A stretch of 54,056 nt of DNA from a virus (Duplodnaviria; Caudoviricetes). Below are positions 19,420 through 28,115 of this stretch, piece by piece (the stretch's first letter is position 1; each line of letters begins with the position of its first letter). Location: positions 1-54,056 of IMG/VR virus record IMGVR_UViG_3300028045_000020; one strand, written 5' to 3'. The notes beneath the pieces are model-generated. The model had not been told where the DNA came from and made no database searches. It worked only from the letters and a program-made list of their open reading frames with translations. A program made the translations under genes and the position numbers.

Positions 19420-20226
19420 CTATATTTGGAACGGTACTACAAACCCATGCTTCTTCAAACTTTCGGTTATAAACGCGCTGGTCTTCAGGCCCCACATTTC
19501 TTTTTCGGCCAGTTCATACAATCTACGTTTTTCCTTTATACCTATGGATGGGGATATAAAATCCTTATCCCCAAGCAAAGCATGAATGCCGGGATGTAGC
19601 GGAAGGTTCGGTTTCTTAAAAAGTTTTACTCCGAGCGCAACTAAAGTTTTTATCTTGCCATGATAGGATTCAATTACTTTTATTTTGGCTGGATCTTTTT
19701 TGCAAAGATACCAGTCCATTGGAATATGAGACAGCATGAGTACTGTCTGTGTATTCTCTATCTGCTTAACTATATTCCAAAGTTGCGCAGCTGGGGCCAC
19801 CGGACCAATCACATTAATTTGATAGCATGTTACATTATTGATTACAGTTGGTTTTGGTTGGAGTGCATGATTGTTACGTATAACTTCTTCCGTTAGAGTA
19901 TAGACTATTTTTCTTTGCTCTGTGAATGGCCTCTTATTATCATTCTTGATGGCACTGAAATAATTTCCAGCATACAGAATAACAGTTGGAGATTTAATAT
20001 TAGCGTTGTTTCCCATTACTTCCACTATCGCATGCATACTACCAACAACCTCATTGCGAAACCGTTCTCTATTTTCGGCTATGGTAAAGTCTTTGCTGTA
20101 GCTGTTCCGAATAAGAGTACTGGAATTAATGAGAACGACATCCACTTTGCATGTCAAGTTTCCTAGGATACTTCTTAGTTCTAATAACGCTCCTTGCGTC
20201 CCTGGGGACAATTGTTGTTCTATCAT
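19420..20226 (-). CDS. Conserved hypothetical protein (gp66-like position), PIN/5'-nuclease-like pattern
   Basis: VVLINSSTLIRN, MLSHIPMD and ALLGDKDFI resemble FEN/PIN and H3TH elements; follows SbcD. Confidence 0.55.
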   Translation of the reverse strand: MIEQQLSPGTQGALLELRSILGNLTCKVDVVLINSSTLIRNSYSKDFTIAENRERFRNEVVGSMHAIVEVMGNNANIKSPTVILYAGNYFSAIKNDNKRPFTEQRKIVYTLTEEVIRNNHALQPKPTVINNVTCYQINVIGPVAPAAQLWNIVKQIENTQTVLMLSHIPMDWYLCKKDPAKIKVIESYHGKIKTLVALGVKLFKKPNLPLHPGIHALLGDKDFISPSIGIKEKRRLYELAEKEMWGLKTSAFITESLKKHGFVVPFQI

Positions 20227-20249
20227 ACGGACCTCGAATGGATAGTAAA

Positions 20250-21386
20250 TTATTTTAATATTTTGGTTATAGTCTCTACTGGTAAGATTAACCCCTTCTC
20301 ACTTAAATACTTTTGTACTGAAATATCTAAATTCTGTGGAGTTATGACCGGTAGTACTGAGGGCTCAAATATTAAAGCATTAGGGTTGGCCTTTTTGCTT
20401 TTGTCTGGACGCTTTGTTGTAATATGGACATTCGGCTTAGTGCGAGTATAGCCAGTTAGTCCTTGCGCCAGTGATATATTGTTAGTCGCTACTCGGATAT
20501 ATATTTTATGCTCCGAGTTATTGCCTGTTATAACATTGTCAAGCCAAGCAATATATTTTTGAACCGCATCGTCGATATCCTCTTCATCTTCGTGTGCAGT
20601 CAAATCTATTGTCTTAAATATAACGGACTGCTCGTTCTCTATAAACTCTACTTCAGTCTTGTGGGTAGTTGTGTTGTAAGTAAGACAGTTAAAACCTTTT
20701 CTGTCCTCCGCCCCATGTTCCAATCTTTCAAAGCTCCCAGCATAGCTAACGTTCTTAAATTGCGATCTTCGATGATCGTGTCCAAATAATATAGGACCAT
20801 TAACGAATTTGGATAACTCTCTATGGGTATACGTATTGTTTGGAACGTGTGGTATTCCAACCGGGAGAACATGTTCAAAATATCCATGCCCGGCTATGAT
20901 ATTTACCCAGGTTTTATCTATCAAGGTACTGGTTACAATTTCTCTTATAGCAGTCAATACAGTGTTCTCGTAAGGTAGATCGTCAGGAAGGTATAGCACA
21001 TCTATGTCGTATTTTGGTATATGTTCTATTGCGATGCAGTCGTACACTTTGGTGTTCTCGGTATCGCTCCCTGCCGTGAAGGCAGTATTTTGTTTTCGAT
21101 CGTGCCGGAACGTCCCATCGACCACTCGTAATAAAAAATCATATCGCAGTGCTAGTTCGTTGAGTTCTCCGATTATAGCAAGCCCTACTCTAGCAGCTTT
21201 ACTGTTCAGGTAAAGTAACGTATCCCAAACATCCCCCGTTATAAATAAAAGATCGGTATTGCTATTCAACTTAGAGTACAAGTAACGCTTAAGATTATTG
21301 TGGATATGGGTTGGATCAATTGCAGCTTTACCTATATGTAAATCGGAGACGTGTACTATGTTTAGATTAGTCCCATTCGAAGTCAT
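20250..21386 (-). CDS. SbcD/Mre11-like metallophosphoesterase nuclease (phiKZ gp65-like)
   Basis: VSDLH, ITGDVWD, DGTFRHD, AGHG, FGHDH and YAGSF motifs. Confidence 0.9.
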   Translation of the reverse strand: MTSNGTNLNIVHVSDLHIGKAAIDPTHIHNNLKRYLYSKLNSNTDLLFITGDVWDTLLYLNSKAARVGLAIIGELNELALRYDFLLRVVDGTFRHDRKQNTAFTAGSDTENTKVYDCIAIEHIPKYDIDVLYLPDDLPYENTVLTAIREIVTSTLIDKTWVNIIAGHGYFEHVLPVGIPHVPNNTYTHRELSKFVNGPILFGHDHRRSQFKNVSYAGSFERLEHGAEDRKGFNCLTYNTTTHKTEVEFIENEQSVIFKTIDLTAHEDEEDIDDAVQKYIAWLDNVITGNNSEHKIYIRVATNNISLAQGLTGYTRTKPNVHITTKRPDKSKKANPNALIFEPSVLPVITPQNLDISVQKYLSEKGLILPVETITKILK

Positions 21387-21951
21387 CTATATTCACCTGA
21401 TCTTTTTTAAGAGCTTCCGTGCCCGAAACTTTCTCGACTGCGTCGGTAGAGTTAGCTTTGCTCGCTGTTTTATTAAACCGATCGATGAGGTCGTATCGCT
21501 GGGAGTTTTCAATTTTCATTTCGTTACTTTTAGTTGTTAATGCTTTCTTTGCAGTCTCTATAACAATAGCCCCAACTCTATCTATGTTTCTTTGGATCTG
21601 AGCAGGATGGCCAATGCGCGAGGTACTCACCCCAACAAAAGCATCTAACGCATTGATGTCAGTCGGTGTGGCTGGCATGTTGATGGTAGGCACTCTATTC
21701 GCTGGAGCAGGTAATGAAACCACAAACTTCCCGGATGCATCGATGATGGTAATTGTATCGAAAATAGAAAACCGTTTACAAAATTTTACCGACAATTCTG
21801 TTTTCTGTTCCTTGGTTAGCTTGGCCGCGAGTTTCTTGTTGTACAGTGGTAGAAATTCCGCAAACTCTACGTCCCCAATAATATTCTTTTTCTTAGCTCT
21901 ATCATTTAATTCTTCTGTCATTTCGGTGGAATTGATATTAGGCTGATCCAT
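21367..21951 (-). CDS. Conserved hypothetical protein (gp62-like position)
   Basis: 194 aa, AAGGAG RBS, acidic end (DDFEWD); overlaps the SbcD start. Confidence 0.7.
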   Translation of the reverse strand: MDQPNINSTEMTEELNDRAKKKNIIGDVEFAEFLPLYNKKLAAKLTKEQKTELSVKFCKRFSIFDTITIIDASGKFVVSLPAPANRVPTINMPATPTDINALDAFVGVSTSRIGHPAQIQRNIDRVGAIVIETAKKALTTKSNEMKIENSQRYDLIDRFNKTASKANSTDAVEKVSGTEALKKDQVNIDDFEWD

Positions 21952-21969
21952 TTCTAATCGTTCTCCTTC

Positions 21970-22428
21970 CTACACGTGTTGTCGTAATAACTTACCGTCG
22001 GAAGATGTACGTAGATTGTTATAATTTAGTATTGGATTTCCGGCGACATCTGTTACGATAATAATAAATCTATTAACTGCGATCGCTTCTTCTGTGTGTT
22101 CTTCCAGCATGACCTCAACGGAATAGTCTCCATCTGGATATAATTCTACCAAAGCTTCCTTTAGTTGCTCCTGATATACGAACGCTACTTTTTCTGGTTG
22201 ATTCGAGTATTCAGTTAGGATCTCTCTAAATGAAACTAAATCTTTCTTATACAAGGAAGAAATGTCTCCGGGGTTTACGATAGAGAATGCTATGACGCTA
22301 GCTATTATATCTCTCGGACTCTCAAATATCGCGCCCTCCTTACCTAACGATAAGACGACCCCTTCACCTCTTCTTCTATGCGACAAGATCGTTCCCTCTT
22401 TATCAGTATTTGTCATGGATCCCCCCAT
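21970..22428 (-). CDS. Conserved hypothetical protein (gp61-like position)
   Basis: 152-aa ORF; the start may be the ATG at 22416. Confidence 0.7.
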   Translation of the reverse strand: MGGSMTNTDKEGTILSHRRRGEGVVLSLGKEGAIFESPRDIIASVIAFSIVNPGDISSLYKKDLVSFREILTEYSNQPEKVAFVYQEQLKEALVELYPDGDYSVEVMLEEHTEEAIAVNRFIIIVTDVAGNPILNYNNLRTSSDGKLLRQHV

Positions 22429-22512
22429 TCGTTTTTGTTAAAGGTTTTGCTCTTAGGACATATAATGACAGCCTATGGTTAAAATACACTACACTAACTG
22501 CTACAAAAAAAA

Positions 22513-22557
22513 TATGTAACTAGGTCTTGAATGCCGAGTTCGGGACCTAGTTACATA
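22513..22557 (-). terminator. Rho-independent terminator of the small gene 22580..22765
   Basis: 14-bp stem TATGTAACTAGGTC/GACCTAGTTACATA followed by T8 on the minus strand. Confidence 0.75.
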
Positions 22558-22579
22558 GGGTTTGTAGCTTGCTCGTAAC

Positions 22580-22765
22580 TTAACTACCATGGAGACGCAA
22601 TGGAGTAAAAACAACCGTAGGAAAATCCTCTTCTTCAGGGGAGTACATGATATCCGACATTATTGGAGCTATAGGCCAAAGTGAATCGTCTCCTCGTATA
22701 ATTCCTATTCTATGTCGCGACAATGGAAGACATTCGGTTAAAGTAATATTTAAGTTTTTGTCCAT
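22580..22765 (-). CDS. Small (~61 aa) hypothetical protein in its own transcription unit
   Basis: AAGGAG RBS 9 nt before the ATG at 22765; promoter-like motif upstream and terminator downstream. Confidence 0.7.
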   Translation of the reverse strand: MDKNLNITLTECLPLSRHRIGIIRGDDSLWPIAPIMSDIMYSPEEEDFPTVVFTPLRLHGS

Positions 22766-22820
22766 GATCAATTTCTCCTTTAGTTGGTTAAGGTTATTCA
22801 GATCGCATCATATCGGTTCA

Positions 22821-22831
22821 ATGATATATAT
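22821..22831 (-). promoter_or_regulatory. Putative phage promoter (ATATATATCAT)
   Basis: 1-mismatch copy of the motif, 56 nt upstream of 22765. Confidence 0.55.
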
Positions 22832-22872
22832 CTAAAAAAAAATGAAGATCACGTTATCAGTGAAACAAAACC

Positions 22873-22910
22873 TACAACGGTAGCGTGTGTAAGCACACGC
22901 TACCGTTGTA
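22873..22910. terminator. Perfect 17-bp hairpin ending the ChmA-beta'-gp59-like operon
   Basis: TACAACGGTAGCGTGTG-taag-CACACGCTACCGTTGTA, immediately after the stop at 22912. Confidence 0.7.
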
Positions 22911-22911
22911 A

Positions 22912-23559
22912 TTACTTATCCAGTTTTCCTTGCTTTGCTGGCCAGTCGGTCAGATCATAACTTTCTTCATCGTTATCCAGAAAATCTTGCATCCATTCCC
23001 TGGTGACCTGAATGTCATCTAACTCATCCGCAGAAAATAAAGGATCGTCGCTATGAAACTCGTACTCCAAGAACGATGGATTGTCTCCAGGAACTTCGCT
23101 TTCCTTTGGACTAAAGTAGGCACTGCCGTTATGGATTAATCTACCAGTTCTATCCTCAGAAGGTAGCAGGTCATAATCATATCCGAATCCAAATACCGAG
23201 CCTTCTTTTACTAACTTCCGTATAGGCGGGAAGGTCAGTATAGCTTCATGCATTGATGCTGGTATTCCCCTTTCAAGTTCCTCTATACTGGTTATAGGCC
23301 TGACGGCATTCCGATCTTCAATAACTATATTCGTAGCCTTAATCAGGCTAGCAGTTTCTGCCAATGGAAGATCTACTACTTTATTAAAATGATGATACAT
23401 GTCGGCATGTGGATCATCGGCAGACCCAAATACAATCCCTCCCGCAGCTGCAGACATCTCAGCATTTAACGAGCCTATTAGGTCTAGACTAACATTGGTA
23501 CCCAACACTGTCCCAATTGACACTGGAGTCAGCACGTCAACTAAAGGCGCAATATACAA
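22912..23559 (-). CDS. Conserved hypothetical protein (phiKZ gp59/Imp3-like position)
   Basis: 215 aa, acidic, GAGGGGG RBS, TTG start; follows the beta'-N gene. Confidence 0.6.
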   Translation of the reverse strand: MYIAPLVDVLTPVSIGTVLGTNVSLDLIGSLNAEMSAAAGGIVFGSADDPHADMYHHFNKVVDLPLAETASLIKATNIVIEDRNAVRPITSIEELERGIPASMHEAILTFPPIRKLVKEGSVFGFGYDYDLLPSEDRTGRLIHNGSAYFSPKESEVPGDNPSFLEYEFHSDDPLFSADELDDIQVTREWMQDFLDNDEESYDLTDWPAKQGKLDK

Positions 23560-23599
23560 AATGATTCCCCCTCATCAAAATAGGTTGTAGTTAATAAAT

Positions 23600-25081
23600 T
23601 TACACATCATCATGTGCCCATAAATTTAAGTTCTGTATTGACTCTGGGCACATACGTAACGTGTTACTAAGTTCCATAGATGTTCCTGAAACCATAGTTC
23701 CAGATGGATGCAACTTTTGGTATTCGCCCATTAAATCAAGCTCAAACAATCTTATCATATACATCGCATCTCCATCGAAATCGGCGTTCGGTCCGGAGAT
23801 ACACAAGGGACTAATCTCAATTGTATTATCATTTAGATCCGTTTTAATCCTAGTGACAAAGAATTGCTGCAATGCGCCATACTGCAAACTGGGGTTCCTC
23901 CCAAAGTACACCGGCAGTCCCTTGTAGGGCGATTCTTCTATAAGCTCTAACATAACATTATAAACTTCTTCTACGTGACTGGTTAGCGCCCGCGCATGCG
24001 TCCGAACCGCGTCGGACATGGAGTAAAACATCCGTTGCTGTAAAAGATTTATTATTTCTAATTTCATAGATGCGACCCCAATGCGCCAAGGAATATACAA
24101 TTCATCGAATTGATGTTCGTCAGTTATAGGGGTTATAACGGCTCTTGAACTGAAATGTAGTCTGGTACCGAACACATTCTTTCGGGCAAAGCCCGGCTTA
24201 GAAGCTATCTTCTTTACGATTATACTTTTAGTGTATAGGTAGTAATCCTCCATCAGCTCTGCTGCTCGCTCGTCAATATAAGTGGCTGAAGTTATACCGT
24301 TGCGATAAGTGTCTGCGGTAGCTGCCAGTTCCATCCAAGCTCTTAAGATATGCGGAACGGACTCGTCAGTATACTTAATGTTATCTCCCGTAAGTAAATG
24401 CAAACTCTTATTTAATATAGGTAATTCCCTACAAAATATAGCTGAGCGATTTGCATCCAAGAACTCTCTAATTCCTTTACTTCGTTTTCCTCCACCACCC
24501 ACACACAAAGGTTTATATTCAGTAAGCAGATAGTGACAAATGTCATCAAAATTTTCATAAAAATAAGTCATGCCCTGTTTAAACCGTGCTGCCAGTTCGT
24601 CAGGGAATGGTAGGTTAATATTTAAGAACGACCACAATAGTCGCTTTTTCTTATCGCAGTTACCCATCCAATTATCGAGTACCTTAAATACGGTGGGCTG
24701 TATTATAGGCGGCATGAATTCTGGAATTACTAACCAACGTCGGTATTGAAGATCATTAGCAAAATTAGTAGCTACTACGGTCTCGCAATCCTCGCATGTC
24801 ACGCCAGTATAAAAATTACCAACCAAGCACCCACATTCGCAACTCGCTGCAAAAATAAGATCGGTGGATCCTTCCCTTAGTATGTGTTTATAAAATGTTA
24901 TATTTTGTTTCTTAAACACAGTAGCTTCTTCTATTGGAACAGCCTCGGCATCAGGATCGTTACTAAAAAGCTCTCCGTAATTAACAATAGTTAAAATTGG
25001 CCTACGGTGATTACTCATATACTCTCCATATAAAAAATTAGATGCGGTAGAGTCGGCTGACTCTACCGCATTACGTGCCAT
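23600..25081 (-). CDS. Non-virion RNA polymerase beta' N-terminal/catalytic subunit (phiKZ gp55-like), uninterrupted
   Basis: Catalytic NADFDGD, RAVITP, RNPSL, KPGFARKNVFGTR and Zn finger CECG...CEDC. Confidence 0.95.
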   Translation of the reverse strand: MARNAVESADSTASNFLYGEYMSNHRRPILTIVNYGELFSNDPDAEAVPIEEATVFKKQNITFYKHILREGSTDLIFAASCECGCLVGNFYTGVTCEDCETVVATNFANDLQYRRWLVIPEFMPPIIQPTVFKVLDNWMGNCDKKKRLLWSFLNINLPFPDELAARFKQGMTYFYENFDDICHYLLTEYKPLCVGGGGKRSKGIREFLDANRSAIFCRELPILNKSLHLLTGDNIKYTDESVPHILRAWMELAATADTYRNGITSATYIDERAAELMEDYYLYTKSIIVKKIASKPGFARKNVFGTRLHFSSRAVITPITDEHQFDELYIPWRIGVASMKLEIINLLQQRMFYSMSDAVRTHARALTSHVEEVYNVMLELIEESPYKGLPVYFGRNPSLQYGALQQFFVTRIKTDLNDNTIEISPLCISGPNADFDGDAMYMIRLFELDLMGEYQKLHPSGTMVSGTSMELSNTLRMCPESIQNLNLWAHDDV

Positions 25082-25087
25082 GCTTCG

Positions 25088-26704
25088 TTACAGACTGTAG
25101 GGCGAACCACCTTGCTGGTAGTTTGGCAGATTGTTACTATGGAGCATGCCGCCATGGCCCGTGTAGCCTCCGGCTCCCTGCAGATTAACTCCATTATGGA
25201 ACATGTTAACCTGTTCGTTATACTCATACTCAATACTCTTGCCAAGATTAGTGTTGAGGAGTAAATGACATGCCCAGTTAGCGAAAGCAGGATTACTTAC
25301 CAACGAAGTACAAGTACCGACAAGTTTTCCTTCAAGTCCTTTAGCCTCAAGTAGCGCATGTCGGGCGAAGGGATCACTGCCTGATCGATAAAAGAATTCT
25401 TGAATAAGTCCCGGATCCTTAAGCAAAGTTGCCATCTTTAAGTAATCCCATTCTTTTGAATCCTGGAGTCTTCCATTGTCATTAATAAGTCCAGTCACTT
25501 CGGAATAGCTGGTAAGAAATGGGTGCGGTAAAGTTTCCATACCGAGCGATCGCATAAGCTCATCTACGTTCTGTGGAGTTAGTCCATAAAAGTCATTCAT
25601 GGCTTCCACCAAAAGATTCGGATTGCTCATCAAAAGATCAGTTCCAGCAATACGAAATCGAGAGTCGTCCAGCTCAAGCGCGATTGCTATCTCGTTCTGC
25701 GGAACTGCCTGGCTGATAAAATCGTACCACTCTTTTTCGGAAGTAACCTTATAGTGCCCACCCTCAGTATTTGGAACCAAGTTACCAATGTTTCGAGTTT
25801 CAAAATCCTTCTTATACGGTTTCCACCAGCCACGATTTTCAATGAACTGACCGACGAATAGAGGATGCAACAGTCCCCACAAATTTTTGTGTGGTATCGC
25901 ACTTGTAACGTTTGAAACTTTGATGACTCCACGAAACTTAGTTGGGTACCCACTTTGCTGATCGTTCTGGATCGGAACAAAGTCCATGTATGCGGTAACT
26001 GCGACCTGAATGTCACCAGATGAGTCCTGGTGCATCAAATTTTTTCGCTTGTTCGATCGGTCTCGTATGATAACCCCGAACCCAAAGTCTGCTCTTGATG
26101 GTATCGCATGGGGAGAAAACTTATCAATGAAAGCATTGATTCGTCCCATATCCGAAGTGATAAACATTTCTTGCCCTGGATTGTAATCAGTCTTCTCGAA
26201 TGCTTTGTGGTTTAACTCCATTTTCCATTGCGATCTGGCAGTAATCTGCAGTGATGCTTTTATAGCAGCTGCAGTTCGTTGTAGACGATCGTAATCTTCT
26301 GGCCACTGAATAATACCTTGTAGGACCTTAACTCCAGGAAAGGATAGTTGTAGCTGATTGGTCAAATCACCCAATGCGTACGTCGGTGGCTGGTTATACG
26401 TCGGAGAGTATGATTCTCCAAGACCAAGAATAATGGCATGAGTGGAATTTTTGGTAAGTATCGCGGCCCCTGCGATACGGTCATTATTAAGCGAATGTAA
26501 TACGAGGCCTGTGTTATCATGCTTGATGCAATCTCGCAGATCATCAATAAATTGTTTGCCGTTAGGGCTTAGAGTAGACGGAATGTCTATACTCTTAATG
26601 AGAGCATCCCACGAAGGGGCTGCCATTGTTGGCGGTTCCTTCCTCGGTGTCGCAGTACCTTGGTCAGGACGATCATTCTTTCCGACTGTTAAAGGCATGT
26701 TCAT
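25088..26704 (-). CDS. chmA: Probable chimallin (phage nuclear shell protein, phiKZ gp54-like)
   Basis: Large gene 6 nt upstream of the gp55-like subunit, the canonical ChmA position. Has a promoter motif, AGGAG RBS, low-complexity termini, and the motifs SRADF, TAYMDFV and RNIGNL. Not verified by search. Confidence 0.7.
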   Translation of the reverse strand: MNMPLTVGKNDRPDQGTATPRKEPPTMAAPSWDALIKSIDIPSTLSPNGKQFIDDLRDCIKHDNTGLVLHSLNNDRIAGAAILTKNSTHAIILGLGESYSPTYNQPPTYALGDLTNQLQLSFPGVKVLQGIIQWPEDYDRLQRTAAAIKASLQITARSQWKMELNHKAFEKTDYNPGQEMFITSDMGRINAFIDKFSPHAIPSRADFGFGVIIRDRSNKRKNLMHQDSSGDIQVAVTAYMDFVPIQNDQQSGYPTKFRGVIKVSNVTSAIPHKNLWGLLHPLFVGQFIENRGWWKPYKKDFETRNIGNLVPNTEGGHYKVTSEKEWYDFISQAVPQNEIAIALELDDSRFRIAGTDLLMSNPNLLVEAMNDFYGLTPQNVDELMRSLGMETLPHPFLTSYSEVTGLINDNGRLQDSKEWDYLKMATLLKDPGLIQEFFYRSGSDPFARHALLEAKGLEGKLVGTCTSLVSNPAFANWACHLLLNTNLGKSIEYEYNEQVNMFHNGVNLQGAGGYTGHGGMLHSNNLPNYQQGGSPYSL

Positions 26705-26760
26705 TTCTCCTAATTAACGTTAATTGTTTAAAAAGACCATTTGAATTATAACTCATGAAA

Positions 26761-26771
26761 ATAATATATAT
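26761..26771 (-). promoter_or_regulatory. Putative phage promoter ATATATATTAT
   Basis: Exact motif 57 nt upstream of the ChmA-like start. Confidence 0.65.
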
Positions 26772-26892
26772 TTATTATTGTCATGAACTTTCCTATATAA
26801 ATGGCTGGACTAAATATCTATTTACTGGGTGTAATAATATTTTATTGGGTATGATATACCTAATAAAGTTAACCATAAGGAACTAACTGATC

Positions 26893-28011
26893 ATGTTAAA
26901 AATTATACAACAAGCAATACCAAGAGGGAATCCAAAGATTCCATCAGATTGGATAAAATTCGTTGACGACATGAACAACCGCACTGATGGATATCGCACA
27001 AGATTCATGCTATCTCACCCAGTACACACCCCATTACTGAATGTGATATCTTCTGTAATAAACCAACTAGACCATACGATCCTTAAAACTAAAACTTCCG
27101 GCATCGGTCTATATACTGAGGTAACGAAACACCTTAACACCATCGAAAGGACAATAGACCCATACTATATTGGGGTCTCGGACAATGGACCATTTGTCGG
27201 AAACAACAGGGACACTATTAATTACTGTCTGCGCACAACAGTAGCAAACCCATTACTCACACTCCCCATTGACAGTGGGTGGGAACGCTGGGAGGACGTA
27301 AAACCGTTAAGAGTTTTGTATCATAATTCTCCAGAATTGCTTTACGACTTCTCCTCAGCCTCGATAAACTTTTCTAACACCCCACCTTCCATTTGTGTAC
27401 TATCCTTGGACATAGTTCAGCTAATCATGAAATACATGGTGTACGAAAAGCACCACGAACTGTTTGGGCCGACCGTTGCTGAGTTTGTAATGCGTCACGT
27501 GCTAGACTCACTGCAAGATGACCTATTTGACCAATGGCTTCTGAACATCATTTCTGATTCCCTAGATTTATCTATTCCGATCGATCAGATAGTCGCTAAA
27601 CAAAGAGACCCACTTAGCACTAATGCTATTACTGCCTCCGGAGCAGCAACAGTAAGGAAATATCTATTACTGATAAAGGCAGGAAAAATAACCATGGCCG
27701 ACTTCATGCACACCCCATGGATAGCAGGCAGATCTTACATGGACTTAATCACAGAGAGACTAAGACAGTTGAGAGGGATCGATGCCCGAGCTGCTAAATA
27801 TCTCTCAGTTGTGTCCGAGTTTCACCTCATTAAACTCGCCGTATCAATAGGTTCTTTATACGAAACCAGTGTGTCCAAGAAAATGTTTATTAACATAAAA
27901 AGAAAGCTGCTCAGCTACGATCGTATGGGAGTATTCTCCAATATACAGAACCCAAGACTTAAGAAGCTCGTGGCTGCAGAAGTTGCTGTACTCAAAAGTA
28001 TTACAGCGTAG
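26893..28011 (+). CDS. Conserved hypothetical protein (phiKZ gp52-like)
   Basis: 372 aa, divergent from chmA; WEDVKPLRVLYH...LSLDIVQLIMKY pattern recalled for this family. Confidence 0.6.
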   Translation: MLKIIQQAIPRGNPKIPSDWIKFVDDMNNRTDGYRTRFMLSHPVHTPLLNVISSVINQLDHTILKTKTSGIGLYTEVTKHLNTIERTIDPYYIGVSDNGPFVGNNRDTINYCLRTTVANPLLTLPIDSGWERWEDVKPLRVLYHNSPELLYDFSSASINFSNTPPSICVLSLDIVQLIMKYMVYEKHHELFGPTVAEFVMRHVLDSLQDDLFDQWLLNIISDSLDLSIPIDQIVAKQRDPLSTNAITASGAATVRKYLLLIKAGKITMADFMHTPWIAGRSYMDLITERLRQLRGIDARAAKYLSVVSEFHLIKLAVSIGSLYETSVSKKMFINIKRKLLSYDRMGVFSNIQNPRLKKLVAAEVAVLKSITA

Positions 28012-28069
28012 CAACCAATCGCAACGTTAATCGCAATTGGTTATAAGATGATAGTAAAGATATTTAATT

Positions 28070-28103
28070 ACACAGGGCGGTAGGAGATCCTACCGCCCTG
28101 TGT
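28070..28103. terminator. Perfect hairpin between convergent genes
   Basis: ACACAGGGCGGTAGGA-ga-TCCTACCGCCCTGTGT. Confidence 0.7.
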
Positions 28104-28115
28104 TGGTGACTACCT

